A program made the translations under genes and the position numbers. DNA of 64,000 nt from positions 1 to 64,000 of the IMG/VR virus record IMGVR_UViG_3300024264_000006. The stretch is one strand, 5' to 3'. Origin of the DNA: a virus. This document shows, one piece after another, positions 29,249-38,753 of this stretch (its first letter is position 1; each line of letters opens with the position of its first letter). The notes below the pieces were generated by a model, which was given only the letters and a program-made list of their open reading frames with translations, had not been told where the DNA came from and ran no database searches.

Positions 29249-30367
29249 TTACGTCACTTCTCTAAGTTTTGTATATACTCTTTGTGCTACCCGATCAACG
29301 ACATCAGCTTTTAACACTTTGATTTGTTTTAGTTCGTCGTTCTTTTGTTTATAGTATTCCTGTACAGTAACAGCAGTAACATTAGATGGAACGTTTTGTG
29401 TGTATGGATCGATATCAACCCACTCACTTTCTATACGCAGTTCTGCATTATCAGCAGCCTCTACTGCACGTGCAGCTGTTTTCCTATCGGATGATACCAG
29501 AATGTTAGATACGTTGTCAAGATCAAATGCTACGTATTGAGTTTTTTCGTAGTGATGCACAGCTTCATATTGATGCGATTCTTTAAAGAGTTCAACCGCA
29601 ATTGTAATACCTGTTGTCTGATCGATGTAAGAAATAGACTCGGTATCACCAAAGTTATTATCTTTAGGGTTACCGACATACAACGAAGCAACCACGGTTA
29701 CTACTGTGTTTTCAATAAATGGAATGTTCTGGAATGTTGCTTCCTTTCCAAGTGAATCCAAACTTCTTTCAATTGTATCATCCATGATTACACCATCACG
29801 GTAAAACGTCCAGAGACTTGAACTGTGGAAAGTTTTACGGAATGAGTCATCTACTTCAATAGTAGCGAATCCTGTCTCTGATACTGATAAGGTGAATTGT
29901 TCTTGTTCATCCAATACTGTATTGGTGGTGTCAATTACCATTTGACCAAGTTCAGGGATTCTACGGACAATTGTTCCTATTGTACCAGATACCGATCCGG
30001 TCACAACTTGTCCTACACGAAACGCAAAGTCTCCTGTAGTAAAATCGTCTTTAGTTGTTACTGTCCTATGAGGATATCTAACCTTTACGATATCACTTAC
30101 CTTTTCCTGTGCGACAGGCCATCCAGATTCACGCAGATGATCATTCATTAAAAAGAATGTCCAATAGTAATCTGGACTACCGTAAAGTTCGTATGATACG
30201 TTATCCGGTCTGTCGCCCGATAGAATCTGATAACTTTCATAGAATGATAAGTCTTGCTTTACCTGATCAAGAATATCTACGTATGAATGAATTGCCTGAA
30301 ACAGAGCAGGACGTGTCTCTTCACCGAAGTTGTATAATAATGGTAAAAAACTTTGTATGTATTTCAT
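29249..30367 (-). CDS. gp53: baseplate wedge subunit gp53 with central insertion
   Basis: 'GDRPDNVSYELYGSPDYYWTFFLMN...WP','VHHYE','EYY...NDELKQIKVL'. Confidence 0.85.
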   Translation of the reverse strand: MKYIQSFLPLLYNFGEETRPALFQAIHSYVDILDQVKQDLSFYESYQILSGDRPDNVSYELYGSPDYYWTFFLMNDHLRESGWPVAQEKVSDIVKVRYPHRTVTTKDDFTTGDFAFRVGQVVTGSVSGTIGTIVRRIPELGQMVIDTTNTVLDEQEQFTLSVSETGFATIEVDDSFRKTFHSSSLWTFYRDGVIMDDTIERSLDSLGKEATFQNIPFIENTVVTVVASLYVGNPKDNNFGDTESISYIDQTTGITIAVELFKESHQYEAVHHYEKTQYVAFDLDNVSNILVSSDRKTAARAVEAADNAELRIESEWVDIDPYTQNVPSNVTAVTVQEYYKQKNDELKQIKVLKADVVDRVAQRVYTKLREVT

Positions 30368-30382
30368 TGCTTTGCCCTGTTA

Positions 30383-31498
30383 TTATGCATATATGATTGG
30401 AGGCTGTTCATCACCACCGTCACCACCGTTACCACCGTTACCACCCGAACTTAACTGTGGCACATATTCCTCTTGTTTTCTATCAAGAGTTGCAGACTCA
30501 ATAAAGTTCAATGTTATTTGTGTTTCTACTGGTTTACCGTCTTTGTGGAATGCCATGCCATTGGGGTTTGTTGTTACAGAAAGGTTTCTCAGATATGAGG
30601 GTTGTATTTGGACAGGTTCCCATCCTCTAAAACTGGAAACTTTAATTTTAAATTTTTCTGGATACTTGTAACCAACTCTAACATCACCAACCATAATCGG
30701 TTCTGGATATAAAAAGTGTCTGAAGAAATCTACGATACCGTCAACAGCGCTTGCTTCCTCAGCTGAAGAAGGAACTAAACTAAAACTGAATGAGAACTCT
30801 CTCATGTTGACTCTTTTAAATAGAGTCCTTTGGTTTGGAGCAACAGTTACTCCGGCTGCTACATTACCCGCAGCTGCAATTCCAGCACCAGCAATTCTTC
30901 TGGTCGCTCCTGCCAATGTGATAGCTCCTAATCTTGCTGCTTCAGGACTTGCACCACCACTAACTGCGTCTATGATAGATTGACCTACAGATGTTGCTAC
31001 GCCAAACGTGCCTTCGGTTGCATCTGACAAGGTGTCATCTGTCATACGATTCAACGCTAGTGCCCCAGTCGGCCCTAGATCGACACCATCAAAAGCAACA
31101 CCTTCTGCAACCTGAAATCCTGGCGGTAAATATAAAACTACTTGACCATCAGGGTCTTGTAAACTCATCTTACCCCTAGTAAAAGGTTGAACCTCTTCAC
31201 CTATACCGAAGAAATCTTGAAGAATGCCATCCAACTTACCTCCAGCGTCCCCAAGAAAATTATCAACGGCTTCTAGTCCACCCTTAACATCATTATAAAC
31301 TTCCTTTGCATCATCAAAAAACTCTTGGAGTTTACTAGGTTCGCCTTGTTCCTCAGATTCTTTTTCTATATTTTCTTTTGCTTTTTCCAGATCAGTACCT
31401 TCAGCTCGAGCGTTTACCTCGGCATTTTCTGAACCAATAACGTCAAAGCTGACATAACCCAGCCTTTCTTCTACTTTAGATGGAAACCTTAATGCCAT
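30383..31498 (-). CDS. gp48: baseplate tail-tube cap gp48
   Basis: 'LYLP','PNQRTLFK.V.MREFSFSF.L.P.S.EEA..V..I..FFR','F.E...L'. Confidence 0.8.
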   Translation of the reverse strand: MALRFPSKVEERLGYVSFDVIGSENAEVNARAEGTDLEKAKENIEKESEEQGEPSKLQEFFDDAKEVYNDVKGGLEAVDNFLGDAGGKLDGILQDFFGIGEEVQPFTRGKMSLQDPDGQVVLYLPPGFQVAEGVAFDGVDLGPTGALALNRMTDDTLSDATEGTFGVATSVGQSIIDAVSGGASPEAARLGAITLAGATRRIAGAGIAAAGNVAAGVTVAPNQRTLFKRVNMREFSFSFSLVPSSAEEASAVDGIVDFFRHFLYPEPIMVGDVRVGYKYPEKFKIKVSSFRGWEPVQIQPSYLRNLSVTTNPNGMAFHKDGKPVETQITLNFIESATLDRKQEEYVPQLSSGGNGGNGGDGGDEQPPIIYA

Positions 31499-31509
31499 TT
31501 TAAAATCCT

Positions 31510-31545
31510 AATAAATAGTTTTGAAATAATCTACGTTTATTTATA
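31510..31545. promoter_or_regulatory. divergent pair of late promoters (AATAAATA on +, TATAAATA on -)
   Basis: 31510-31517 (+) toward gp4; 31538-31545 (-) toward gp48. Confidence 0.65.
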
Positions 31546-31553
31546 AGGTTTTT

Positions 31554-32030
31554 ATGGCATATTCGGGAAAGTATAGGGTAAAGAACAAAAACAAATATAT
31601 TGGCGACCCTACACAAGTGGTCTATCGTTCTCTGTGGGAAAAACATGCCTTTAAATGGGCAGACGATAACCCCAAGATTAAACGATGGGGAAGTGAAGAA
31701 GTCATTATACCATACTTATATGAGGTTGACAAGAGATATCACAGATATTTTATGGACTTGATTGTCGAATACACAGACGGTAAAGTGGTTCTTATTGAGA
31801 TCAAACCCCACAAGGAAACAAAACCTCCTACGGGCGCACGTAAGACTAAAAGGTATTTGAGTGAAGCAATGACCTTTGTCAAGAATCAAAACAAATGGGA
31901 AGCTGCAAACGAGTATGCGAAAGACCGTGGATGGCAGTTTACGATCTGGACAGAGAAAGAACTGTCTAAGATGGGAATCTTACCCAAGTCAACCAAACCG
32001 TTGAAACCATACAGTCGAAAGAAAAAATGA
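31554..32030 (+). CDS. gp4: head completion nuclease gp4 (TnsA-like)
   Basis: 'AYSGKY...N..KY.GDP..VVYRSLWE','W.SEE..IPY','HRYF.D','IEIKP','NQNKWEAA'. Confidence 0.92.
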   Translation: MAYSGKYRVKNKNKYIGDPTQVVYRSLWEKHAFKWADDNPKIKRWGSEEVIIPYLYEVDKRYHRYFMDLIVEYTDGKVVLIEIKPHKETKPPTGARKTKRYLSEAMTFVKNQNKWEAANEYAKDRGWQFTIWTEKELSKMGILPKSTKPLKPYSRKKK

Positions 32031-32614
32031 GAAAAGTGTTTTTTATTGGTTACAATAGGACTGCGACAACATCCTTTCACGAGATGTTTATTAAGTGTGG
32101 GTATAAATCAATACACTGCATTGCAAAGGATGAGGGCCATATTGGAAGAATCATAGAGGATAACGTTCTCAGTAATTCACCTATACTCAAAACTATTGAT
32201 GGTGCAGACGCATACTCTGACCTGTGTTTTATGAAGTTGGGTAGGTGTGTAGAGGGACAACAATATTATCGTGAACTGTATAATGAATATCCGGATTCGT
32301 ACTTCATACTACAGACCCGAAAACTTGAAGATTGGATTCGTAGTAGATCGAAACATAAGAGAGGAGACTTCATGAAGCGGTGTATGAAGTTTTGTCAGAT
32401 CAGAAATGCTAGAGAGATGCGAGACCATTGGAGAAAAGAAAGAACCGGATTTGAAGTCGAGGTAATGCAGTTCTTTTCTCTTCGTTCCAAAGCAAGATTT
32501 ATGAGGTATGACATCGACAATAACCACATTGTTGAACTCATAAACTTCCTCAAGTCAGACTTTCCCGACCTTAATGAAAAGAACTTTGGTCATAGAAACA
32601 AAACACTCCGATAA
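32027..32614 (+). CDS. sulfotransferase-family protein
   Basis: PAPS-loop-like 'KVFFIGYNRTATTSF'; 'YPDSYFILQTR...WIRS'. Confidence 0.7.
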   Translation: MRKVFFIGYNRTATTSFHEMFIKCGYKSIHCIAKDEGHIGRIIEDNVLSNSPILKTIDGADAYSDLCFMKLGRCVEGQQYYRELYNEYPDSYFILQTRKLEDWIRSRSKHKRGDFMKRCMKFCQIRNAREMRDHWRKERTGFEVEVMQFFSLRSKARFMRYDIDNNHIVELINFLKSDFPDLNEKNFGHRNKTLR

Positions 32615-32618
32615 AACA

Positions 32619-32626
32619 TATAAATA
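32619..32626 (+). promoter_or_regulatory. T4-type late promoter TATAAATA
   Basis: exact consensus upstream of gp2. Confidence 0.75.
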
Positions 32627-32651
32627 AAGATAGTAAAATAGAGGAACCTCT

Positions 32652-33236
32652 GTGTCAAATATATTTAACAGATTAGAACTACAGGCATTCAGGGCTGGGA
32701 TTACACCCCGCACTAAGGAAAGCCGTGAGTGGTTCATGAAGAAAGCAAAGAATCTTCGATCTATCAACCGTGAAGCGTTGATGGATGAAGACCCACTGAA
32801 AAGACGAAGTAAACAGATTGTGGGTTCTATGCAGATGTTTTTCTATGACCCGAAACATAAAGACACACTACCATACTATGACACGTTTCCGTTGGTGGTT
32901 GTTGTAGGGCCTGCTGAAGGTGGGTTCTATGGTTTGAATTTACATTACCTTCCACCTATTCTACGTGCGAAGATGTTAGATGGTCTCATGGGTATAGCAG
33001 GAAGTAAATTAGATGATAACAGTAAATTCAAATTGTCTTATGCAATGTTGAAGAAGTCATCTAAGTTGAAGTATTTCGAACCTTGTTTCAAACACTACTT
33101 AAACAAACACGTACAGAGTAAGTTTGCAGAAGTACCAGCACCAGAGTGGGAGATTGCAACATTCTTACCAACAGCGAACTTCCGCAAACGTAATTCTAAG
33201 AAAGTTTACTACGATTCAAGGCAGATGTTAGGATGA
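32652..33236 (+). CDS. gp2: DNA end protector gp2
   Basis: 'FFYDPKHK.TLPYYD.FPLV','GFYGLNLHYLPP..RA','PCFKHYL','ATFLPTA.F'. Confidence 0.93.
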   Translation: MSNIFNRLELQAFRAGITPRTKESREWFMKKAKNLRSINREALMDEDPLKRRSKQIVGSMQMFFYDPKHKDTLPYYDTFPLVVVVGPAEGGFYGLNLHYLPPILRAKMLDGLMGIAGSKLDDNSKFKLSYAMLKKSSKLKYFEPCFKHYLNKHVQSKFAEVPAPEWEIATFLPTANFRKRNSKKVYYDSRQMLG

Positions 33237-33955
33237 GCAATAGCATAGACGATTTAAAAGGTGCTGTAGGTGGTGGATCAGGGTTTGCATTACCCAACCT
33301 ATTCAAAGTAATACTACCTGAGATTGCAGGCATTGGGCCTAGAGAGTTAGAGGTACTCTGTAAAAGTGTTGTATTGCCTGGCAGACAGATTCAATCTCAA
33401 GATTATCAGACTGGTACTGCAACTAAAAAGATTGCAACCGGATATATCACACCAGATATTTCTTTAACATTTTATGTGATGAATGATCACAAAATTACTA
33501 GATACTTTGATGAATGGCAAAGATTGGCCCATGATCCTATAAACTACACGGTGGGTTATTATGAGGGTGAAGGCGGATATGGTCAAACCGTCACAATCGA
33601 ACAATTACAAAAGGGTGCTGGATTTTCCTTGTTTAAAAAACAACTTGGTTTTATGGATAAGGTTCCGCAATCAATTAAGAACCATCTACCGGACTTAGGA
33701 TTTATTGACCTCTCTCAAGGAGAGATAGATATAAGTCTTGGGTCACAAAGTAATTCAGTGAGGAAGATAGAGTTGCTTCAAGCCTATCCGACTTCCGTGA
33801 ATGAGATACAATTAGGTAACGATCAGAATGATCAAATTACTGAATTGAGTGTGCAGCTTTCATACAAAGACTGGTATGATAAAGGTGCAAAAGGGCCGAA
33901 TAGTGGTCTTGGTGATGCCATCATTGGTGGTGTACTGGGATCATTGTTGAATTAA
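33233..33955 (+). CDS. baseplate tail-tube initiator gp54 / tube-fold protein
   Basis: 'G.A.PNLF.V','LC.SV.LPGR','LTFY','AYPTSV..I.L','V.LSYK.W'. Confidence 0.75.
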   Translation: MSNSIDDLKGAVGGGSGFALPNLFKVILPEIAGIGPRELEVLCKSVVLPGRQIQSQDYQTGTATKKIATGYITPDISLTFYVMNDHKITRYFDEWQRLAHDPINYTVGYYEGEGGYGQTVTIEQLQKGAGFSLFKKQLGFMDKVPQSIKNHLPDLGFIDLSQGEIDISLGSQSNSVRKIELLQAYPTSVNEIQLGNDQNDQITELSVQLSYKDWYDKGAKGPNSGLGDAIIGGVLGSLLN

Positions 33956-33980
33956 ATAATTTTAAATTAGGAGAAGTGAT

Positions 33981-34688
33981 ATGGCGTTGCCAGTAATTAA
34001 TAGTAGTCCACAGTATGATTTGGTTATTCCGTCTACAGGACAAAAGGTTGAATTCAGGCCATACTTGGTCAAAGAAGAAAAGGTTCTTATGGTTGCATTT
34101 GAATCTGGAGACCAGAAACAAGCAACCAAGGCCATCGGTAATACATTGAATGCATGTATTACGACAGATGACGTAGATGTATTCGAACTCACAACATATG
34201 ATATCGAATACCTTTTCACGCAGATTAGAACGAAATCTGTTGGTGAAACATCAAGGGTAGTTATCCCTTGTACTTCTTGTGAACACAAGAATGACGTAGA
34301 GATTAATCTGGAGACCGTTCAAATTGAGAACGCAGAGAACTCTACAGAGACTATTAACATTACGGATGACATTCTTCTTGAATTGTGTTATCCGACATAC
34401 CGTAGAATTCTAGATCAAGAATCTACAGGTACAGGAGAGGATGGTCTAGTATTGGCAGAAACATGTGTTAAAGCCATCTTGACCGAAGAAGAAAGATTTG
34501 ACGTTACGGAATTGAGTGATGGAGAACTGAGAGAGTTCCTTGAAAATCTGACTACAGATCAGTTCAAGGGAATCACAGATTTCTTGATCAGGATTCCGAA
34601 ACTGGAACATACAGTGGAGTTCAATTGTGTTCAGTGTAAAGAAGCTAACACAACGACATTGAGAGGGATGAGAGATTTTTTATCCTAA
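33981..34688 (+). CDS. gp26: baseplate hub assembly protein gp26
   Basis: 'MALP...P.Y.L.IPSTG..V.FRPYLVKEEKVL','DIEYLF.QIR.KSVGE', two CxxC. Confidence 0.9.
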   Translation: MALPVINSSPQYDLVIPSTGQKVEFRPYLVKEEKVLMVAFESGDQKQATKAIGNTLNACITTDDVDVFELTTYDIEYLFTQIRTKSVGETSRVVIPCTSCEHKNDVEINLETVQIENAENSTETINITDDILLELCYPTYRRILDQESTGTGEDGLVLAETCVKAILTEEERFDVTELSDGELREFLENLTTDQFKGITDFLIRIPKLEHTVEFNCVQCKEANTTTLRGMRDFLS

Positions 34689-34867
34689 ACCTTTCTCACG
34701 ATAATTTGGTCAATCATTACAAGACCAATTTTTCGTTAATGCAACATCATCATTACAGTTTGACTGAATTAGAAATGATGATGCCGTGGGAAAGGGAGAT
34801 ATACGTTAGTATGTTAATTGATTATGTTAAGGAAGAAAACGATAGATTAAAACAAATTAAAAAGTAG
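34676..34867 (+). CDS. gp51: gp51-like baseplate assembly protein (not in ORF track); possible -1 frameshift extension of gp26
   Basis: -1 frame reads FFILNLSHDNLVNHYKTNFSLMQHHHYSLTELEMMMPWEREIYVSMLIDYVKEEN...; first ATG at 34739 has no Shine-Dalgarno. Confidence 0.75.
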   Translation, partial: FFILNLSHDNLVNHYKTNFSLMQHHHYSLTELEMMMPWEREIYVSMLIDYVKEENDRLKQIKK

Positions 34868-34878
34868 AGTATTAATCA

Positions 34879-37191
34879 ATGGCAGATGCAACTTTAAAGG
34901 ACGTAATTGATCGTCTTAAGAGAGAAGGACAGTTAACTAGAAATAGTTCTACTGGCCATTCTATTAGGACAGTGAAAGAAGTTCTGGCAGAACAACACGG
35001 TCAAGACCGAACCTTGTTGCAAGACATGAAGGATGCGTTTGCCTCAATATCACGTTCTGAATCCGGAGTAGAGTCTGAAGAAACAGAAACCACTAATCCC
35101 TCTGGGCAAACCAAAGGGGACATCGAAGAAAGACAAAGAGAAACCGACGATTTTAATTCTAGTCTTCTAGAAGCTCAACTAGAAAATAACAAACTCATGA
35201 CCGATCTTATTAGCGTCATGAAAAAAGGTAATAAGGGTGGGAACAATATTGGTTTATTTGGCCGAGTGTTGGGTGGAGCAGCTGCTGGACTTGCATTAGG
35301 TGCTGGTGGTATCGCTGCACTTGGTTTAGGTATTGGTGCATTCTTTGTTGGTTTACAAGCAAGTGACCTTGCGATTGGTTTCTTTGATACCCCCCCAAAC
35401 TATGACAACATCATTGCTGGAGCGAAAGCTGTAGGTCAAATATTCAAAGAACTGGATGCTCAAACAATTGTATCTGTAGGTAGTCTGTTGCTTGCTGGTG
35501 GTTTTGCCGGTCTATTTGGTAAATTTGCTGGATTTAGTGTAGCTGGTGGTATGACTGCTATCGCAATGGGTATCGGTGGATTTTTTGCCGGTTTCCAACT
35601 TGCTGAAAAGGGTCTTACTTGGTTGGGAGTAGTGGATAAACTGGACAGTCTTAAAGCAGCTGCACGAGGTGTAGGTGACTTTTTCTCGGAATTCATAAAA
35701 CATGAAAACGCCTTAGAAATGGCCGGAGTAATGTTAGGGGGAGCAGGATTTGCAGCTCTCTTTGGTGTTGGAAAATCTGTAAGCGCAGCTATTGGTATGA
35801 CATTGATAGGTGCTGGAATTGCCGGATTCTTTGCTTCGTTTGTCGGGTTAGATGCTCTTTCTGGAGCACTTGGTGCAAATGGTAGCAATCTTGGCCCCAT
35901 GATGGAGAACATTGCTAAAGGTTTAACAGCATTCTTTAGTCTGCCTGCGGCCGCAATAGCTGGTCTTTTTGTTGCGGGTGGACTATTTGGTTATGCGCCT
36001 GGTTTGGGTGTTAAAGCTGGAGTCGGTCTTGCAATTGTAGGCGCCGGTCTAGGAGCATTCTTTGCGGGATTTGGTGCAGCTGACGCCGTAGCTGGTCTAC
36101 TTAGAAGTGATGGTAGTACCATGGCATCATTGATGACTAACATGGCCACTGGATTGTCTGCACTTGCAGAAGTCGATGGTATGGCATTACTTGGTACTGC
36201 TGGTGCGATGTTAGCGATGGGGCCTGCTATGCTTGCATTCTTGGGAGCTAAAGGATTGCTGGGAGTAGCTGACAGTTTCGCCGCCATCAAAGATTTTGTT
36301 GGTGGTCTATTTGGTGCTGAGGAAGGTAAAAGTCTTTTTGAAAAGGTTGCTGATTCTCTTAATGCATTTGAGGACGTAGACGGTAAGAACCTTCAACATA
36401 TTGCGGATTCTGTCCAACCTCTTATTGATTATGCACACGCACTAGAATATTTTGAAGGCATGAATGTAGATCAAATAACAGAAAAACTCAAAGACCTTGG
36501 GTTAGTTATGGGTGACATCAACAAACTCATGATCGCCTTATATGAAGGCGGAGAAATAGTAGATGGTGTCTTTAAGGGTGTAACGGTCAAGGTTGGATTG
36601 AAAGATGTTCCAACAGAAGAGATAGAAGCCAAGTTGAAACCTATTGCTGTAGCGTTGGACATTGATACATCATCGCTTGACGGAAAGGTATTGACAATCG
36701 GTGCTGAACTGGCAGGTCAGTTGAATGATGTCGTTGTTGAAAATAACGTTACTGGCGATGCGACTGAAACTTCAACTAACCTAGTGATTCCAGAAGAACT
36801 TCGTACCCTTGACAATCCGTATATACCCGATACAGATGAGATGAAAGAGAATTCGACAGAAGGGACGCCACCAAACTTTAAATTAGAAACCCCTCCACCT
36901 GTCTTTGATGGGTTGAAGGTAGAGTCTCCAAAGGTTGAAATCCATGCGCCTAATCTCACACCACCAACAGACATAGAGGCGCCACAAGCATCTAAAAGAG
37001 AAATACAAAATATGGTGTTGGGACAACAACAGCAAGAACTTGCTACAACAACAAGCAACAATAACATAAATGTTATTGACGCTAAACAAACCGCTGTTAC
37101 CACAAATAGCAGCAGTTCATCAACAACAAACTTGATAGGTTCAAGGGGTTCTTCCATGAATGGTAGTGCTCCGTCATGGCGAATTGGATAA
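34879..37191 (+). CDS. putative tape measure protein (gp29 position)
   Basis: follows gp26/gp51; about 75-80-aa Gly/Ala-rich hydrophobic repeats 'G.G...FF.GF'; C-terminal 'NNINVID..Q..VTTNSSS'. Confidence 0.65.
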   Translation: MADATLKDVIDRLKREGQLTRNSSTGHSIRTVKEVLAEQHGQDRTLLQDMKDAFASISRSESGVESEETETTNPSGQTKGDIEERQRETDDFNSSLLEAQLENNKLMTDLISVMKKGNKGGNNIGLFGRVLGGAAAGLALGAGGIAALGLGIGAFFVGLQASDLAIGFFDTPPNYDNIIAGAKAVGQIFKELDAQTIVSVGSLLLAGGFAGLFGKFAGFSVAGGMTAIAMGIGGFFAGFQLAEKGLTWLGVVDKLDSLKAAARGVGDFFSEFIKHENALEMAGVMLGGAGFAALFGVGKSVSAAIGMTLIGAGIAGFFASFVGLDALSGALGANGSNLGPMMENIAKGLTAFFSLPAAAIAGLFVAGGLFGYAPGLGVKAGVGLAIVGAGLGAFFAGFGAADAVAGLLRSDGSTMASLMTNMATGLSALAEVDGMALLGTAGAMLAMGPAMLAFLGAKGLLGVADSFAAIKDFVGGLFGAEEGKSLFEKVADSLNAFEDVDGKNLQHIADSVQPLIDYAHALEYFEGMNVDQITEKLKDLGLVMGDINKLMIALYEGGEIVDGVFKGVTVKVGLKDVPTEEIEAKLKPIAVALDIDTSSLDGKVLTIGAELAGQLNDVVVENNVTGDATETSTNLVIPEELRTLDNPYIPDTDEMKENSTEGTPPNFKLETPPPVFDGLKVESPKVEIHAPNLTPPTDIEAPQASKREIQNMVLGQQQQELATTTSNNNINVIDAKQTAVTTNSSSSSTTNLIGSRGSSMNGSAPSWRIG

Positions 37192-37223
37192 CATTATGCG
37201 TAATATAATAAGAGAGAGTACGC

Positions 37224-37697
37224 ATGGTAGAGATAGGAGTAGCGATATCAATCGCAAGTTCGGCATATAATGCCATTAGGGGCGCAGTAGAAAGGGGTAG
37301 AGAAGCCCAAGAATTGGTTCACGTCTTCTCTAAATTCTTTGATGCGTCCGATCAGATTAGTGAAGCGAGTATTAAAAACTCAAAAGCACCGAATGTCACT
37401 AAACTTTTTAGTGGAAGCAGTGTTGAATCACAAGCACTAGAAATCACAGCGGCTAGACATAAGATCATGGCCATGGAAAAGGAACTCAGAGATTTTCTAA
37501 TATACTCTGGTCAATCTGCATTCTATGAAGATATGATGGAAGAACGCAAGAGGATACGCAGAAGAAGAATATTGGTTGCGAATAAAGCGGCTGAGAAAAG
37601 GGCATTCTATATTGACATGGTTGCGTTGGTAGTTGGTATTGGAGTTTCTGTCGCAACGATTGTTTTCACAGTATCATTCATTGCCAGTGCATCATAA
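37224..37697 (+). CDS. hypothetical membrane-anchored protein
   Basis: 157 aa with C-terminal hydrophobic helix. Confidence 0.6.
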   Translation: MVEIGVAISIASSAYNAIRGAVERGREAQELVHVFSKFFDASDQISEASIKNSKAPNVTKLFSGSSVESQALEITAARHKIMAMEKELRDFLIYSGQSAFYEDMMEERKRIRRRRILVANKAAEKRAFYIDMVALVVGIGVSVATIVFTVSFIASAS

Positions 37698-37724
37698 AAA
37701 AAGGGGACATAAAGTCCCCCTTCT
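37696..37724 (-). terminator. intrinsic terminator between convergent genes
   Basis: GGGGAC-ATAAA-GTCCCC stem-loop followed by a T-run on the minus strand after gp32. Confidence 0.8.
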
Positions 37725-37738
37725 CTAATAGACAATAA

Positions 37739-38659
37739 TTAGTCTTCTTGTGCCATCTTGGCAAAGTAAGATAATGTATCGTCTTCGTCATCTTCCTTAC
37801 CCACGGCAGGGGCAGGAGAACTAACGATCTCAGGTTCAGGAGCAGAACGTCCAACGTTCTCTTCCGCAGTCTGAGAAATGTTTGCAGTAGCAGCTACTGC
37901 GTTTGTACCTACAGCAGTACCAAGTACTACCTCAAGGCGACCCTTCAACTCATCATATGGTTTGAAGGATTTTGGTGCAGTGAACTCACCCAGATCGAAC
38001 ATCTGGTTGTAAGTCGCTTCCAGTTTCACTTCGTCCGCTTCGTAAAGGGCAGAAGGTGCTTTGAACTCAGACTTGTCATAGTTACGGTAACCCGCTACAT
38101 TACGAATCTTGAGTTGGAAGTCCGCACCATTCCAGAAATCGAAAGGAACCACTGGTTCTTCGCCTGGAAATTCTGGTTGCATTTTATCCATGATCTTATC
38201 GAAAATCTTCTTTCCGAAATCATAGAGAAATACCTTGCCGTTATTGGCAGGGTTTGATGGGTCTTGAACCACAAGGATGTTAGACACATAATGAAGTCTA
38301 CGCTTCTGTTTACGTGCAGTATCCTTATCATCTTCAATACCAGAATTCCATAGTCGAGTGTTAAGTTCAGACACAGGATCGTTCTGACCAATAGTAGTCA
38401 AAGACTTCTCAATGTACCACTGACCAGATGGCCCTTTAAAGAAGTGATCCCAATACCGTACCCAAGGCAACTCTTGTCCTTCAGCCGCTGGCAAGAAGCG
38501 AACAACGGCATAACCGTTACCACCTTCATCGACAGTAGGTTTCCAGAAACGGTCATCACCGTAGGATTTTTTTTCAGTACCACCACCATTCATTTCATTG
38601 GCGGCAGATACCAGTTTAGTTACGTCCATTGATTTGGACTTAAGATTAGCAAAGCTCAT
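37739..38659 (-). CDS. gp32: single-stranded DNA-binding protein gp32
   Basis: 'DDRFWKPTVD..GNGYAV.RFLP','WYIEKSLTT','FGKKIFDK','FDFW.GADF.LKIR', acidic tail. Confidence 0.96.
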   Translation of the reverse strand: MSFANLKSKSMDVTKLVSAANEMNGGGTEKKSYGDDRFWKPTVDEGGNGYAVVRFLPAAEGQELPWVRYWDHFFKGPSGQWYIEKSLTTIGQNDPVSELNTRLWNSGIEDDKDTARKQKRRLHYVSNILVVQDPSNPANNGKVFLYDFGKKIFDKIMDKMQPEFPGEEPVVPFDFWNGADFQLKIRNVAGYRNYDKSEFKAPSALYEADEVKLEATYNQMFDLGEFTAPKSFKPYDELKGRLEVVLGTAVGTNAVAATANISQTAEENVGRSAPEPEIVSSPAPAVGKEDDEDDTLSYFAKMAQED

Positions 38660-38720
38660 ATATTTCTCCGTATTTTATTTGTATATCTTTGTATTAACGT
38701 TTTATCCACGTATGCATCAT

Positions 38721-38753
38721 ATAATACACTATTTATACGCTGTGTGTCAAGCG
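38721..38753 (-). promoter_or_regulatory. sigma70-like promoter with nested late promoter upstream of gp32
   Basis: CGC-TTGACA-18-TATTAT; TATAAATA at 38730-38737. Confidence 0.65.

Noticed and set aside
30405-30450. 9-bp repeat (GGN/GGD) at the gp48 C-terminus
   Set aside because: Short low-complexity linker with no further support.
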